Assembly (NCBI GenBank): GCA_963702005.1
Contig: OY969696.1
Coordinates: 480,001 to 544,000, forward strand
Reading direction: 5' to 3'
Source of the DNA: Candidatus Aminicenantes bacterium
Lineage (GTDB): Bacteria > Acidobacteriota > Aminicenantia > Aminicenantales > JAFGBC01
DNA: 64,000 bases
The notes under the pieces were generated by a model. It searched no databases, was not told the DNA's origin, and saw only the letters and a program-made list of their open reading frames with translations. Of this stretch, positions 27,989 through 35,934 are shown one piece after another (position 1 is the stretch's first letter; every line of letters starts with the position of its first letter). The translations under genes and the position numbers were made by a program.

Positions 27989-28657
27989 CTAGTCCGTGAT
28001 GAGAAACCGTTCCTGGGCGCGGGCTTCCCCCAGGACGGCCCGGAAGAACTTTTGTTTGACCTTCTGGAGAAGCTCGAAGAAGGCGAAAGAAGCCGGCTGC
28101 CTGATGTTCTCGTAGCTCTTGGTCTCCTTGAAATCTTTCTTGAAAAGAATGTCCCCGGTCTCGCCCCCGAGGAGAAACAAGGAAATCTCCAGGGTTACGA
28201 CCTTGCGCTCGAGGAGCTTCTTCTCCGGCTCGAAGGGGCCGTCCAATTCCTTCAGGGCTTCATCGGAAAGAGCCTTGCGCGTCTCCTGGCTCAGCTGGGC
28301 CTTGCCGGTCAGGAGGAGCGATCCCTTGGCGTCGGACGAAAGCCGGAGCCGGAAAGCGGGGTCGTCCAAGGCGGGCTCGGCGTCGAAGGGGGTCTCGATC
28401 AGGACGGCGCTTTTATCGAAGCGCCGTTCGGTCTCCGCCCGCCAGTAAGTCCTCAGCTCCCGGTTCAAATCGAGGTCGGGAATGGTCTTGGCGACCCAGA
28501 AATCGGTCACGATGATTTTATTGTAGGCGTCCAACGAGACGAGCCTCGGCGCCGGGATCTCGACATGGATCTTTTTATAGGGCCCGGAGGACGAGCAGGC
28601 CCAGCCGCAGAGAAAGGACAGGAGCAGGCCGATGGGACGGAGCCTATTTCTTTTCAT
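27989..28657 (-). CDS. Putative lipoprotein
   Basis: Basic N-terminus, hydrophobic stretch, GWAC lipobox-like Cys; translationally coupled to the upstream TPR gene. Confidence 0.6.
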   Translation of the reverse strand: MKRNRLRPIGLLLSFLCGWACSSSGPYKKIHVEIPAPRLVSLDAYNKIIVTDFWVAKTIPDLDLNRELRTYWRAETERRFDKSAVLIETPFDAEPALDDPAFRLRLSSDAKGSLLLTGKAQLSQETRKALSDEALKELDGPFEPEKKLLERKVVTLEISLFLLGGETGDILFKKDFKETKSYENIRQPASFAFFELLQKVKQKFFRAVLGEARAQERFLITD

Positions 28658-29036
28658 CGGTGCCCTTCTCTTTTTTATCTTTATCTTTATCCGGCGGCTC
28701 CAGGTTCTCCTTGAATTTTTGATAGTTCATCTTGATCTGGGCGTTCTCGGGCTCGAGCTTCACGGCCATCTCATACTCCTTACGGGCCTCTTCCCATTGT
28801 CCGTTCTTCTCCAAGGCGACGGCCAGATTGTTGTGGGCCGCGGCGGACCGGGGCCGGACCTCGACTTCCTTTTTCCAGCGGAAAAGGGCTTCTCCCCAGA
28901 GATTGTTTTCGGCGGCCCAGATCCCCAGCTGGAGCTGGTTTTCCGGGACGCTCCGTGAGCAACGCGCCGCGACGAGGCTCGCCGCAAGACATAAAAGGAC
29001 GACCGCCGAAGAGGGATATTTGTTCATAGACGGCAT
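28644..29036 (-). CDS. Small TPR-repeat exported protein/lipoprotein
   Basis: AAAHNNLAVALEKNGQWEEARKEYEMAVKLEPEN TPR; signal peptide with Cys. Confidence 0.8.
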   Translation of the reverse strand: MPSMNKYPSSAVVLLCLAASLVAARCSRSVPENQLQLGIWAAENNLWGEALFRWKKEVEVRPRSAAAHNNLAVALEKNGQWEEARKEYEMAVKLEPENAQIKMNYQKFKENLEPPDKDKDKKEKGTDEKK

Positions 29037-29181
29037 GGGCCTCTGATTATTTTATAGCAAGTTTTGTACCAGTTGACCAGAACGGGCGAGAAATTAATTC
29101 GGCCCGCGGCGAGCGCAAGGCGGGGACTTCTGCCGCTACCCGAGACAAGTTCCTTTACATTCCCCTTTTTCCGGAAGCGGG

Positions 29182-29210
29182 TTGCCAGGCCCCGGCTTTT
29201 ATGGTATAAG
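29182..29210 (+). promoter_or_regulatory. Promoter of rpmB
   Basis: TTGCCA-N17-TATAAG with TG extension. Confidence 0.55.
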
Positions 29211-29233
29211 AGAGAGCTTCAGAGAGAGTACCC

Positions 29234-29425
29234 ATGCCAAAAGTGTGTGAAATCTGCGGAAAAGGTCCGATGTTCGGACAGAGCGTCAGCCATTCCCACA
29301 AGGCGACCAAGAAAAAATGGAAGCCGAACCTGCAGCAGGTCAAAGCCCAGACGGCCTCCGGCGTCAAACGGGTCTGGGTCTGCACCAAATGCCTTCGGGC
29401 CGGGAAAGTGGCCAAGGCCCGCTAA
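29234..29425 (+). CDS. rpmB: 50S ribosomal protein L28
   Basis: CEICGKGPMFGQSVSHSH...WKPNLQ...VCTKCLRAGKV. Confidence 0.96.
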   Translation: MPKVCEICGKGPMFGQSVSHSHKATKKKWKPNLQQVKAQTASGVKRVWVCTKCLRAGKVAKAR

Positions 29426-29430
29426 ACCGT

Positions 29431-31581
29431 TCACGACCGCTCAACCGCGCCGACCTCGTTGAAGCCGGCGATCCGATGTGACATGGCCTCGAGTTGACCG
29501 ATATCGCGAACCTCGAGCTCGATGTTAATCTGCCCCTTCCCATCCGCGAAGGTTTCGACCTCGGCCCGGACGATGTTTCCCCCCAGCTCGGAGATGACGG
29601 CCGCGACCTTGGCCAGGACTCCGGGCGAATCGGCCGCTTTGATTTGAAGCCCGGCCCGGAAGGTTCGGACCAGGGCCGGATCCCAGGCGACCTCGATCGT
29701 GCGGCGGCCGTCCAGCCGTTCCTTGACCACGTAGGGACAGCGCTGGGCGTGGACCGTAACGCCCTTCCCCGCCGTCATATAGCCGACGATCGGCTCTCCC
29801 TTGATGGGAACGCAGCAGCGGGCGAGCCGGAGGAGGGGATCGTTCCCGTCTTTGACGACGAGTCCCCGGTCCGGCCGGGACGCGACTCGGGTCACGACCT
29901 TGCGCAGGAAGCTCTCTTTCCGCGGCGCGATGCCCCCCTCGCCGGACAAGCCCTCGAGCAAGGGCTTAACCAGGAGCTTTCCGGTCCCGACCAAGGCATA
30001 GAGGTCCTCGAGAGACCGCACCCGGAATCCGCCGATGTCCTCAATCCGGGGCAGCAGTCGCGCTTCCTCTCCGAGGCCGGCCGGAAGGCCGTGCCGGGCG
30101 ACCTCCCTCTCCCAAAGCCTCTTTCCCAGGGCCGCCGATCGGCTTCGCTCCCTGGAGTTGATCCAATGCTTGATCTGGTGCCTGGCGTCTGAGGTCGTCA
30201 CCAGGGTCAGCCAGCTCCGGGTGGGCATCCTATCGGGAGCGGTCGCGATCTCGACGATATCCCCGGTCTTCAAATGCATTTTCAAGGCCGCGCTCTGGCC
30301 GTTGATCCGGCAGCCGGAGGCGTGGAGTCCGATCTCGGAATGGATCTTGAAAGCGAAGTCGAGGGCCGTCGCCCCCCGGGGGAGACTGATAACTTTGCCC
30401 TTGGGCGTGAAGACGTAGACCTCTTCGGGGACGAGGTCCGTTTTCAGGCTTCGCAGGAACTCGCGCGGGCTTTTCTGCTCCTTGTAGAATTCGACCATCC
30501 GGCGCAGCCAGACCAGGCGCTTGTCCTCTTTGACGATGTGCTCACGGTCTTTTTCTTTGTACTTCCAGTGGGCGGCGATGCCGTTCTCGGCCAGCTCGTT
30601 CATGGACTCGGTCCGGATCTGGACTTCAAACGTCTGGCGGTCCTCGGTCAAAATCGTGGTGTGGAGGGCCTGGTACAGGTTCGGCTTGGGCATGGCCACG
30701 TAATCCCGGAAGCGCTGGGGAAGGTGCGACCAGCGCTGGTGGATGATGCCGAGCGCCGCGTAGCAGTTCTTGACGCTGTCCGTGATGATCCGGAGAGCGA
30801 GCAGGTCGTAGACCTGGCTGAACTCGACGCCCTGACGCCGCATCTTCTGATGGATGCTGTAGGGCCGTTTGATCCGGGAGGAGACGCGGGCCGGAATGGC
30901 GTTGTCTTTGAGGAGCGCTTCCAGGCTCCGCTGGAGCCGGCGCAAGTCCTTGTCGGCCTTCTTGCGGATCGGGTCGACCAAGCCGATGACCCGGAAATAA
31001 TCCTCGGGCGCGACGTAGCGGAACGAGAGGTCCTCGAGCTCGGCCCGGATCCGGCCCATGCCGAGCCGGTTGGCGATCGGGGCGTAGATCTCGATCGTCT
31101 CGCGGGCGATCTGCCGCTGCTTGTCCTCGTCGAGGTGTTGGAGGGTTTGGAGGTTGTGGATGCGGTCGGCGAGCTTGATGAAGATGACCCGGAGGTCGTC
31201 GGTCATGGCCAGGATGATCTTGCGCAGCGTCTCGGCTTGGCTCGTCTCGGGCGGGGCGCCCTGGACGCGGCCGATCTTCGTGACGCCCTCGACCAGGGCG
31301 GCCACGTCCTTTCCGAAGGCCTCCTTGATCTCGGCCGCGGTCACGTCCGTGTCCTCCAGGACGTCGTGGAGAAGGCCGGCGGCCAGGGCCGTCCGATCCA
31401 GTCCCATGTCGGCCAGGATGTTCGCGACCTCGAGGGGATGGCCGAGGTAGGGCTCGCCCGAGCGCCGGATCTGTCCCTTGTGGGCTCGGGCGGCGAAGAT
31501 GTAGGCTTTCTGGAGGAAGGCGACGTCCTTCTCGCCGAAGCGCGGCGTGACCTTGTCGAGGATGTCGTCGAACCTGATCAC
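29431..31581 (-). CDS. rel: Bifunctional (p)ppGpp synthetase/hydrolase (long RSH)
   Basis: HKGQIRRSGEPY, intact LLHDVLEDT hydrolase motif, RFRDY, YQALHT, FEVQIRT, TGS (VFTPKG, DFAFKIHS), CC and ACT domains. GTG start inferred. Confidence 0.93.
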   Translation of the reverse strand: MIRFDDILDKVTPRFGEKDVAFLQKAYIFAARAHKGQIRRSGEPYLGHPLEVANILADMGLDRTALAAGLLHDVLEDTDVTAAEIKEAFGKDVAALVEGVTKIGRVQGAPPETSQAETLRKIILAMTDDLRVIFIKLADRIHNLQTLQHLDEDKQRQIARETIEIYAPIANRLGMGRIRAELEDLSFRYVAPEDYFRVIGLVDPIRKKADKDLRRLQRSLEALLKDNAIPARVSSRIKRPYSIHQKMRRQGVEFSQVYDLLALRIITDSVKNCYAALGIIHQRWSHLPQRFRDYVAMPKPNLYQALHTTILTEDRQTFEVQIRTESMNELAENGIAAHWKYKEKDREHIVKEDKRLVWLRRMVEFYKEQKSPREFLRSLKTDLVPEEVYVFTPKGKVISLPRGATALDFAFKIHSEIGLHASGCRINGQSAALKMHLKTGDIVEIATAPDRMPTRSWLTLVTTSDARHQIKHWINSRERSRSAALGKRLWEREVARHGLPAGLGEEARLLPRIEDIGGFRVRSLEDLYALVGTGKLLVKPLLEGLSGEGGIAPRKESFLRKVVTRVASRPDRGLVVKDGNDPLLRLARCCVPIKGEPIVGYMTAGKGVTVHAQRCPYVVKERLDGRRTIEVAWDPALVRTFRAGLQIKAADSPGVLAKVAAVISELGGNIVRAEVETFADGKGQINIELEVRDIGQLEAMSHRIAGFNEVGAVERS

Positions 31582-31606
31582 GGCGGTCTCCGGGCCGTCC
31601 CTCCGG

Positions 31607-32206
31607 CTACGGCTTGCGTCCGGAGGTCCTTCCCTTTTCCCGGGCGAGGATCCAGCGGACGGCGGCCAGAATGTCGGGGGCGATGAAGGCGGGGCCGTCC
31701 GGCCTCGTCCGGAAGTCATCGAGGGCCCGGCTTCCAAAGCCGGTCAGGACGAGGATGGATGTCGCGCCGGCGGCCCGGCCGAATTCGATGTCCTCAACCT
31801 TGTCGCCGATCATGTAGGAGCCCTCGAGGTCCAGGCCGAAATCCCGGGCGGCCTGGAGGGCCATGCCCGGACGCGGCTTCCGGCATCCGCAGTCCTTCCG
31901 GAAAGCCTCCAGCGCGGAGTCCTCATAGTGCGGGCAATAATACCATCCGTCGATCCGTGCCTTTTGGGCGGCCAGGGCCTCGCTCATCCTGGCCTGAATC
32001 GTCCACAGCTCCTGTTCGGTCAGGAGTCCGCGTCCGATCCCGGATTGATTGGTGACGACCAAGGCCAGCAGGCCCGCCCGGTTGATCCTCCGGACGGCCT
32101 CCACGCCCTGGGGATAAATCGTGATCTGGCCGTAATCACGGGGGTAGCCGACGTCGACGTTAAGGGTCCCATCCCGGTCGATGAAGACGGCCTTCTTCTT
32201 TTTCAT
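31607..32206 (-). CDS. gmhB: D-glycero-D-manno-heptose-1,7-bisphosphate phosphatase
   Basis: FIDRDGTLN, VTNQSGIGRG, YCPH, CGCRKPRPGM, MIGDK; next to waaF. Confidence 0.9.
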   Translation of the reverse strand: MKKKKAVFIDRDGTLNVDVGYPRDYGQITIYPQGVEAVRRINRAGLLALVVTNQSGIGRGLLTEQELWTIQARMSEALAAQKARIDGWYYCPHYEDSALEAFRKDCGCRKPRPGMALQAARDFGLDLEGSYMIGDKVEDIEFGRAAGATSILVLTGFGSRALDDFRTRPDGPAFIAPDILAAVRWILAREKGRTSGRKP

Positions 32207-33204
32207 AAGAACGGCCGGCAGGCCTCGACGACCTCGTCGACGGAGATCCCCGTCATGCAGCGGTGGTCGTAGGGACATTTGCGGTAGAGGCAGGGCCAGC
32301 AGGGGACGTCTTTCTTGAGCACGGCGGACGGCGGCTGGAAGGGGCCGGTCAGCCGCGGATCGGTCGGGCCGAACACGGCCACGACCGGAATCCCGAGGCC
32401 GTTGGCCATGTGCATCGGGCCGGAGTCGTTGGTCAGGACGAGCCGGGCCTGGCCGACGAGGCCGAGCAGCTCGCGGAGGGTCGTCCGGCCGACGAGGGAA
32501 TGGGGCCTCTTCTTCATGGCCGCCGAGACGTCCTCGGCGAGGGCGGTCTCGTTGTCAGAGCCGACGAGAAGGATTTCCGCTTTATGGCGCGTCCCCAGAC
32601 GGTCCGCCGCGGCGGCGAATCTTTCCGGAAACCACCGCTTGGCCGGCCCGTAGGACGCCCCGGGGTCGATGACGATGAGCGGCTTTCCGGCCTGAACGCC
32701 CATGCCGCGCAGCCGGGCCCGGGCCGCTTTCGTTTCCGCGGCCGAGAGGGTCAGTTTGATTTGGGGCGGCCGCGTCTTGAAGCCGAGTCCGGCAACGAGC
32801 CGGAGATAGAAGTGAACTTGATGGACGTCCCGGTCGGTTTCCCGGCGCGCGACGCGCTTCGTCAGAAGCGGGCCGCGGCCGTCCGCGGCGTATCCCCAGC
32901 GTTCGGGGATCTTGCTCAGGAAAAAAAGGAGGGCGGAGGAAAAGGAGTTGGTCAGGAGGAGCGCGGCGTCGAAGCCCAGCTCCTGGAGCTCCCGGCCGGC
33001 GCGCTTCAGCGTCTTGAGATCGGCCCGGTCGGGGAGGGGGTGCGTTCCGTCGACCCCGTCACCGGCGGGGAACAAGTCGCGGACCCAGGCGCGGGAAGCC
33101 ATCCAGATTTCCGCCTTGGGGAAGTTATCGCGCAGGCTGGCGATGGCCGGCAAGGCCAGGATGGAATCCCCGACCCAATTCGGCGTCCGAACGATGATTT
33201 TCAT
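32203..33204 (-). CDS. waaF: LPS heptosyltransferase II (GT9)
   Basis: PNWVGD, PGASYGPAKRW, TNDSGPMH, FGPT. Confidence 0.92.
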   Translation of the reverse strand: MKIIVRTPNWVGDSILALPAIASLRDNFPKAEIWMASRAWVRDLFPAGDGVDGTHPLPDRADLKTLKRAGRELQELGFDAALLLTNSFSSALLFFLSKIPERWGYAADGRGPLLTKRVARRETDRDVHQVHFYLRLVAGLGFKTRPPQIKLTLSAAETKAARARLRGMGVQAGKPLIVIDPGASYGPAKRWFPERFAAAADRLGTRHKAEILLVGSDNETALAEDVSAAMKKRPHSLVGRTTLRELLGLVGQARLVLTNDSGPMHMANGLGIPVVAVFGPTDPRLTGPFQPPSAVLKKDVPCWPCLYRKCPYDHRCMTGISVDEVVEACRPFL

Positions 33205-33211
33205 CGGACCC

Positions 33212-33241
33212 ATTGTATTCTCCCGCTCCGGAGATTGTCAA
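33212..33241 (-). promoter_or_regulatory. Promoter for waaF-gmhB-rel, probably giving a leaderless mRNA
   Basis: Minus strand TTGACA-N18-TACAAT; the ATG at 33204 lies 7 nt beyond the -10 hexamer. Confidence 0.6.
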
Positions 33242-33266
33242 AAGGCGCGGCTCAACGCGGCGAATC

Positions 33267-33545
33267 TTATTTCGAGGACGTGTCGTCCTTCTTGGTTTCC
33301 TTGGACTCGGACCCGGCGGACGATTCGCTTTTCTTGTCGAGTGCTTTGTCCGCTCCGCCCGAGTTTTTCTTGGCGTAGTCCGTGATGTACCAGCCGCTGC
33401 CCTTGAAATGGATCGCCGGCGCGGACGGGAGTTTTCGGAGCGGGCCCGAGCACTTGGGACACTTCTTGAGCGGCTGGGCGTGGGCTTTCTGGACGACTTC
33501 GAACGTGTGGCCGCATTGGCTGCATTCGTATTCATAGAGCGGCAT
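33267..33545 (-). CDS. FmdB-family zinc-ribbon protein
   Basis: MPLYEYECSQCGHTFE...CPKCSG...FKGSGWYITDY. Confidence 0.9.
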   Translation of the reverse strand: MPLYEYECSQCGHTFEVVQKAHAQPLKKCPKCSGPLRKLPSAPAIHFKGSGWYITDYAKKNSGGADKALDKKSESSAGSESKETKKDDTSSK

Positions 33546-33648
33546 GACAATCCTTAAAAGGACATCATTATAGCACAGCCGCGCCACCCCAACTTGTCTA
33601 TATTGAGCCCCGAAAAAAGAATTTGGTTATCGGGCGCTGGCGCGACGT

Positions 33649-35085
33649 TTAGTGGAAGACGATGGCTTCGAAGACATAAATCTCGGCGCCCGTCTTCCAG
33701 GCGGTCTCGGGCAAGCCCGCTTTGTGGCAGGCCTCGGCGAGGAAGGTCTCCCGGTCCCAGCCTTCCTCGACGGGGACCTGGGGCAGGAGCAGCCCCCGCT
33801 GGCCGCCCTGGGCGATGACCAGTCCGTGGGTTCCGACCCGGACTTCCCTGGGATCCTGGATCCGGCGGAGAGGCGTCAAGACCGAGATTTCATACTCGAG
33901 CTGATCGAGCTCCTTCTCGCCGACCGGCGGGAAACGGGGGTCTTCCGAAGCCGCATAGACGGCGGCCTGGATGACGGCCCGGGCGAGAGGAAAGACCGGT
34001 TCGATGAACCCGATGCAGCCGCGAAGCTCGCCCCGCTTTTTAAGCGTCACGAAAGCCCCCCGCTCCGCGAGGAGGTTCGGATCCTGGGTCTCGTATTCGA
34101 GAACCTTGCCGCTCCGGACCGACGTCTCGACGGCCGTCCGGGCCAGACGAAGGAGCTCTTTCTTTTCGTCCGAGGACAGGCTGAAATCGGGGGGACGCTT
34201 GCCCGCGATGACGGCGGCCGCCATATAGCCGACGACGGCGTCGGTCGAAGTGCCGGCCTCGGAGGAGTCGGCGTAGTGGAGAAGGCGGGCCTCGCTGGCG
34301 CCCGTCTTCTGCGCGGCGAGCAGAACGGCCGCGACGCCGACTCCGCCGCAGAGGATGTTGGCGCCCTCGGAGAGCTTCCTGATCAGAGCGTCCGTCTTGA
34401 ACCCGCGGATGAGGGAGGCCGTCTCGGAATCGACCTCGTTGGCCTCGGCCTTGGGCAGATAGTGGGACATGTCCGTCGAAGCGATGACAAGGACGCGGGG
34501 ACGGGACATGACCTTCGCCAGCGCGTCGGCCAAGGAGCGAAAGCCGCGTTGGTCGAGGCCGCCCAGGACGACGGGAACGATCTTGGCTTTGGGGAGGACG
34601 GTCTGGAGGAAGGGCACCTGGACCTCGACCGAATGCTCTTGCGCGAAGGCCTCGGGAATCAGGCGGAAACCCGTTTCATGGATGAGCTCGGCGGCAAGCC
34701 CCTCGTCGACGGCGGCCGTCCCCAGCGGAGTTTCAAACCCGCCCTGAGGCCAGACCGATCCGCCGCTGAATCCATAATTGTGGGAGGGGCCGATGATGAC
34801 GACGGAATCGATGTCCTGCCCCGCGACGAATTTGTAGCCGTAGGCGGCCGTCTGCCCGGAATAGACGTACGCGGCGTGGGGTACGATGAGGGCCAGGACG
34901 CGGAGGCTCGGGTCAGGGGCGAGGTCGGCGGCCCCCAGGAAGGTTTTAATTTGGCCCGCGAGGCTTGACGGGTCGCCCTCGTAGAACTGACCCGCGAAGA
35001 CGGGTTTCCGGACGCCCTGCGGCCAAACGAGGCTCGGGGCAAGGACGAGAAGGAGGCTGAAACAGAAAAGACATGCTTTTTTCAT
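33649..35085 (-). CDS. AmmeMemoRadiSam protein B (MEMO1-like) fused to protein A (AMMECR1-like), with an N-terminal signal peptide
   Basis: RKPVFAGQFY, VPHAAYVYSG, GPSH, EHSVEVQVPFLQ, ASTDMSHY; then GAFVTL..LRGCIG, DPRFPPV, GLLLPQV. Confidence 0.9.
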   Translation of the reverse strand: MKKACLFCFSLLLVLAPSLVWPQGVRKPVFAGQFYEGDPSSLAGQIKTFLGAADLAPDPSLRVLALIVPHAAYVYSGQTAAYGYKFVAGQDIDSVVIIGPSHNYGFSGGSVWPQGGFETPLGTAAVDEGLAAELIHETGFRLIPEAFAQEHSVEVQVPFLQTVLPKAKIVPVVLGGLDQRGFRSLADALAKVMSRPRVLVIASTDMSHYLPKAEANEVDSETASLIRGFKTDALIRKLSEGANILCGGVGVAAVLLAAQKTGASEARLLHYADSSEAGTSTDAVVGYMAAAVIAGKRPPDFSLSSDEKKELLRLARTAVETSVRSGKVLEYETQDPNLLAERGAFVTLKKRGELRGCIGFIEPVFPLARAVIQAAVYAASEDPRFPPVGEKELDQLEYEISVLTPLRRIQDPREVRVGTHGLVIAQGGQRGLLLPQVPVEEGWDRETFLAEACHKAGLPETAWKTGAEIYVFEAIVFH

Positions 35086-35261
35086 AGGAACCTCGATATC
35101 GATATGCCGTTTATAATAGAAATATACAAGACAGGGCGCTTTATATCAAATTGTCTTCACTTAAAGACAAAGCGGCCGAAAGCGACCATGGGAAGGTCAG
35201 AGGAAGACGGGGCCTGGGGCGATCTTGACCGGAACGAGGCGGGTCTTCCGGCGTTTTGTGT

Positions 35262-35333
35262 TTGACCCGTTCGCCGATGCTAGGCCCAGCCTTGCAGTAC
35301 TCATACTAAGCCGGAAACGGCTTAGTATGGGTG
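35262..35333 (+). repeat. Second copy of the conserved block and hairpin seen at 7818-7988 (17-bp stem, GAAA tetraloop)
   Basis: TTGACCCGTTCGCCGATGCTAGGCCCAGCCTTGCA, then GTACTCATACTAAGCCG-GAAA-CGGCTTAGTATGGGTGT. Confidence 0.7.
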
Positions 35334-35387
35334 TCGATGGGTTGACTTTTTTCACCGTTTCGAAGAAAATGATAGCGGAAGGTTCGT

Positions 35388-35522
35388 ATGAAAGGGTTCG
35401 TCAAAGGCTTGTTCACGCTCCTCCTCATCTCCTTCGCCTTCTTCCTCGGGTTCCATCTCGGTAAGGAAAAGGTCAAGGACAAAATCCCGAAATTCCAGGA
35501 CGACCTGGACCGGACCGCGTAG
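35388..35522 (+). CDS. 44-aa single-TM small protein (absent from the ORF track)
   Basis: GGAAGG RBS; MKGFVKGLFTLLLISFAFFLGFHLGKEKVKDKIPKFQDDLDRTA*; GC-rich third codon positions like neighbouring genes. Confidence 0.7.
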   Translation: MKGFVKGLFTLLLISFAFFLGFHLGKEKVKDKIPKFQDDLDRTA

Positions 35523-35570
35523 GGGGGTCGCGCTTGCTTCATCCGTACAAGGGAGGGGTTTTTCTGTAAT

Positions 35571-35599
35571 TTGACTATTCCCGGAGCGGGCGCTATAAT
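35571..35599 (+). promoter_or_regulatory. Sigma70 promoter for the operon running into ispE
   Basis: TTGACT-N17-TATAAT. Confidence 0.75.
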
Positions 35600-35628
35600 T
35601 TTGTAACTCTCGGCGAGCGAGGCTCACC

Positions 35629-35934
35629 ATGAATCTCAGCGTTTATGTCATACTGATTCTTTTCGGCCTGTTCGTCATCCTCCTCATCGTCAATCCCAAC
35701 CTATCCTGCTTCGGGAAGAGGGTCCGGTCTCCCTTCCATCCCCTGTATCGGAAACGGGGCAAGGCCGCCAAAACGGTCAAGACGACCGATTTCGGCTTCC
35801 ATCTTAATCCCGACGGAAAAACGGCGACTCGGTCGGCGTCCGGGCCGTCCGGGAGCAAGCCCGTCGGGGCCAAGCCGGAGGGGACGTCACCCGACGCGCC
35901 CAAGACCGAAGATTATGGCTTCCACCTCGACTGA
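35629..35934 (+). CDS. Small membrane-anchored protein with a duplicated KTxD[FY]GFHL motif
   Basis: N-terminal TM helix; KTTDFGFHL and KTEDYGFHL separated by a low-complexity linker. Confidence 0.65.
   Translation: MNLSVYVILILFGLFVILLIVNPNLSCFGKRVRSPFHPLYRKRGKAAKTVKTTDFGFHLNPDGKTATRSASGPSGSKPVGAKPEGTSPDAPKTEDYGFHLD

Noticed and set aside
29431-31737. Upstream-extended starts in the ORF track (rel, czcA, radA, ispD, ispE, fabG, plsX, ECF sigma, hydrogenase subunits)
   Set aside because: The extensions overlap neighbouring genes and lack family similarity; downstream starts with an RBS or translational coupling were used instead.
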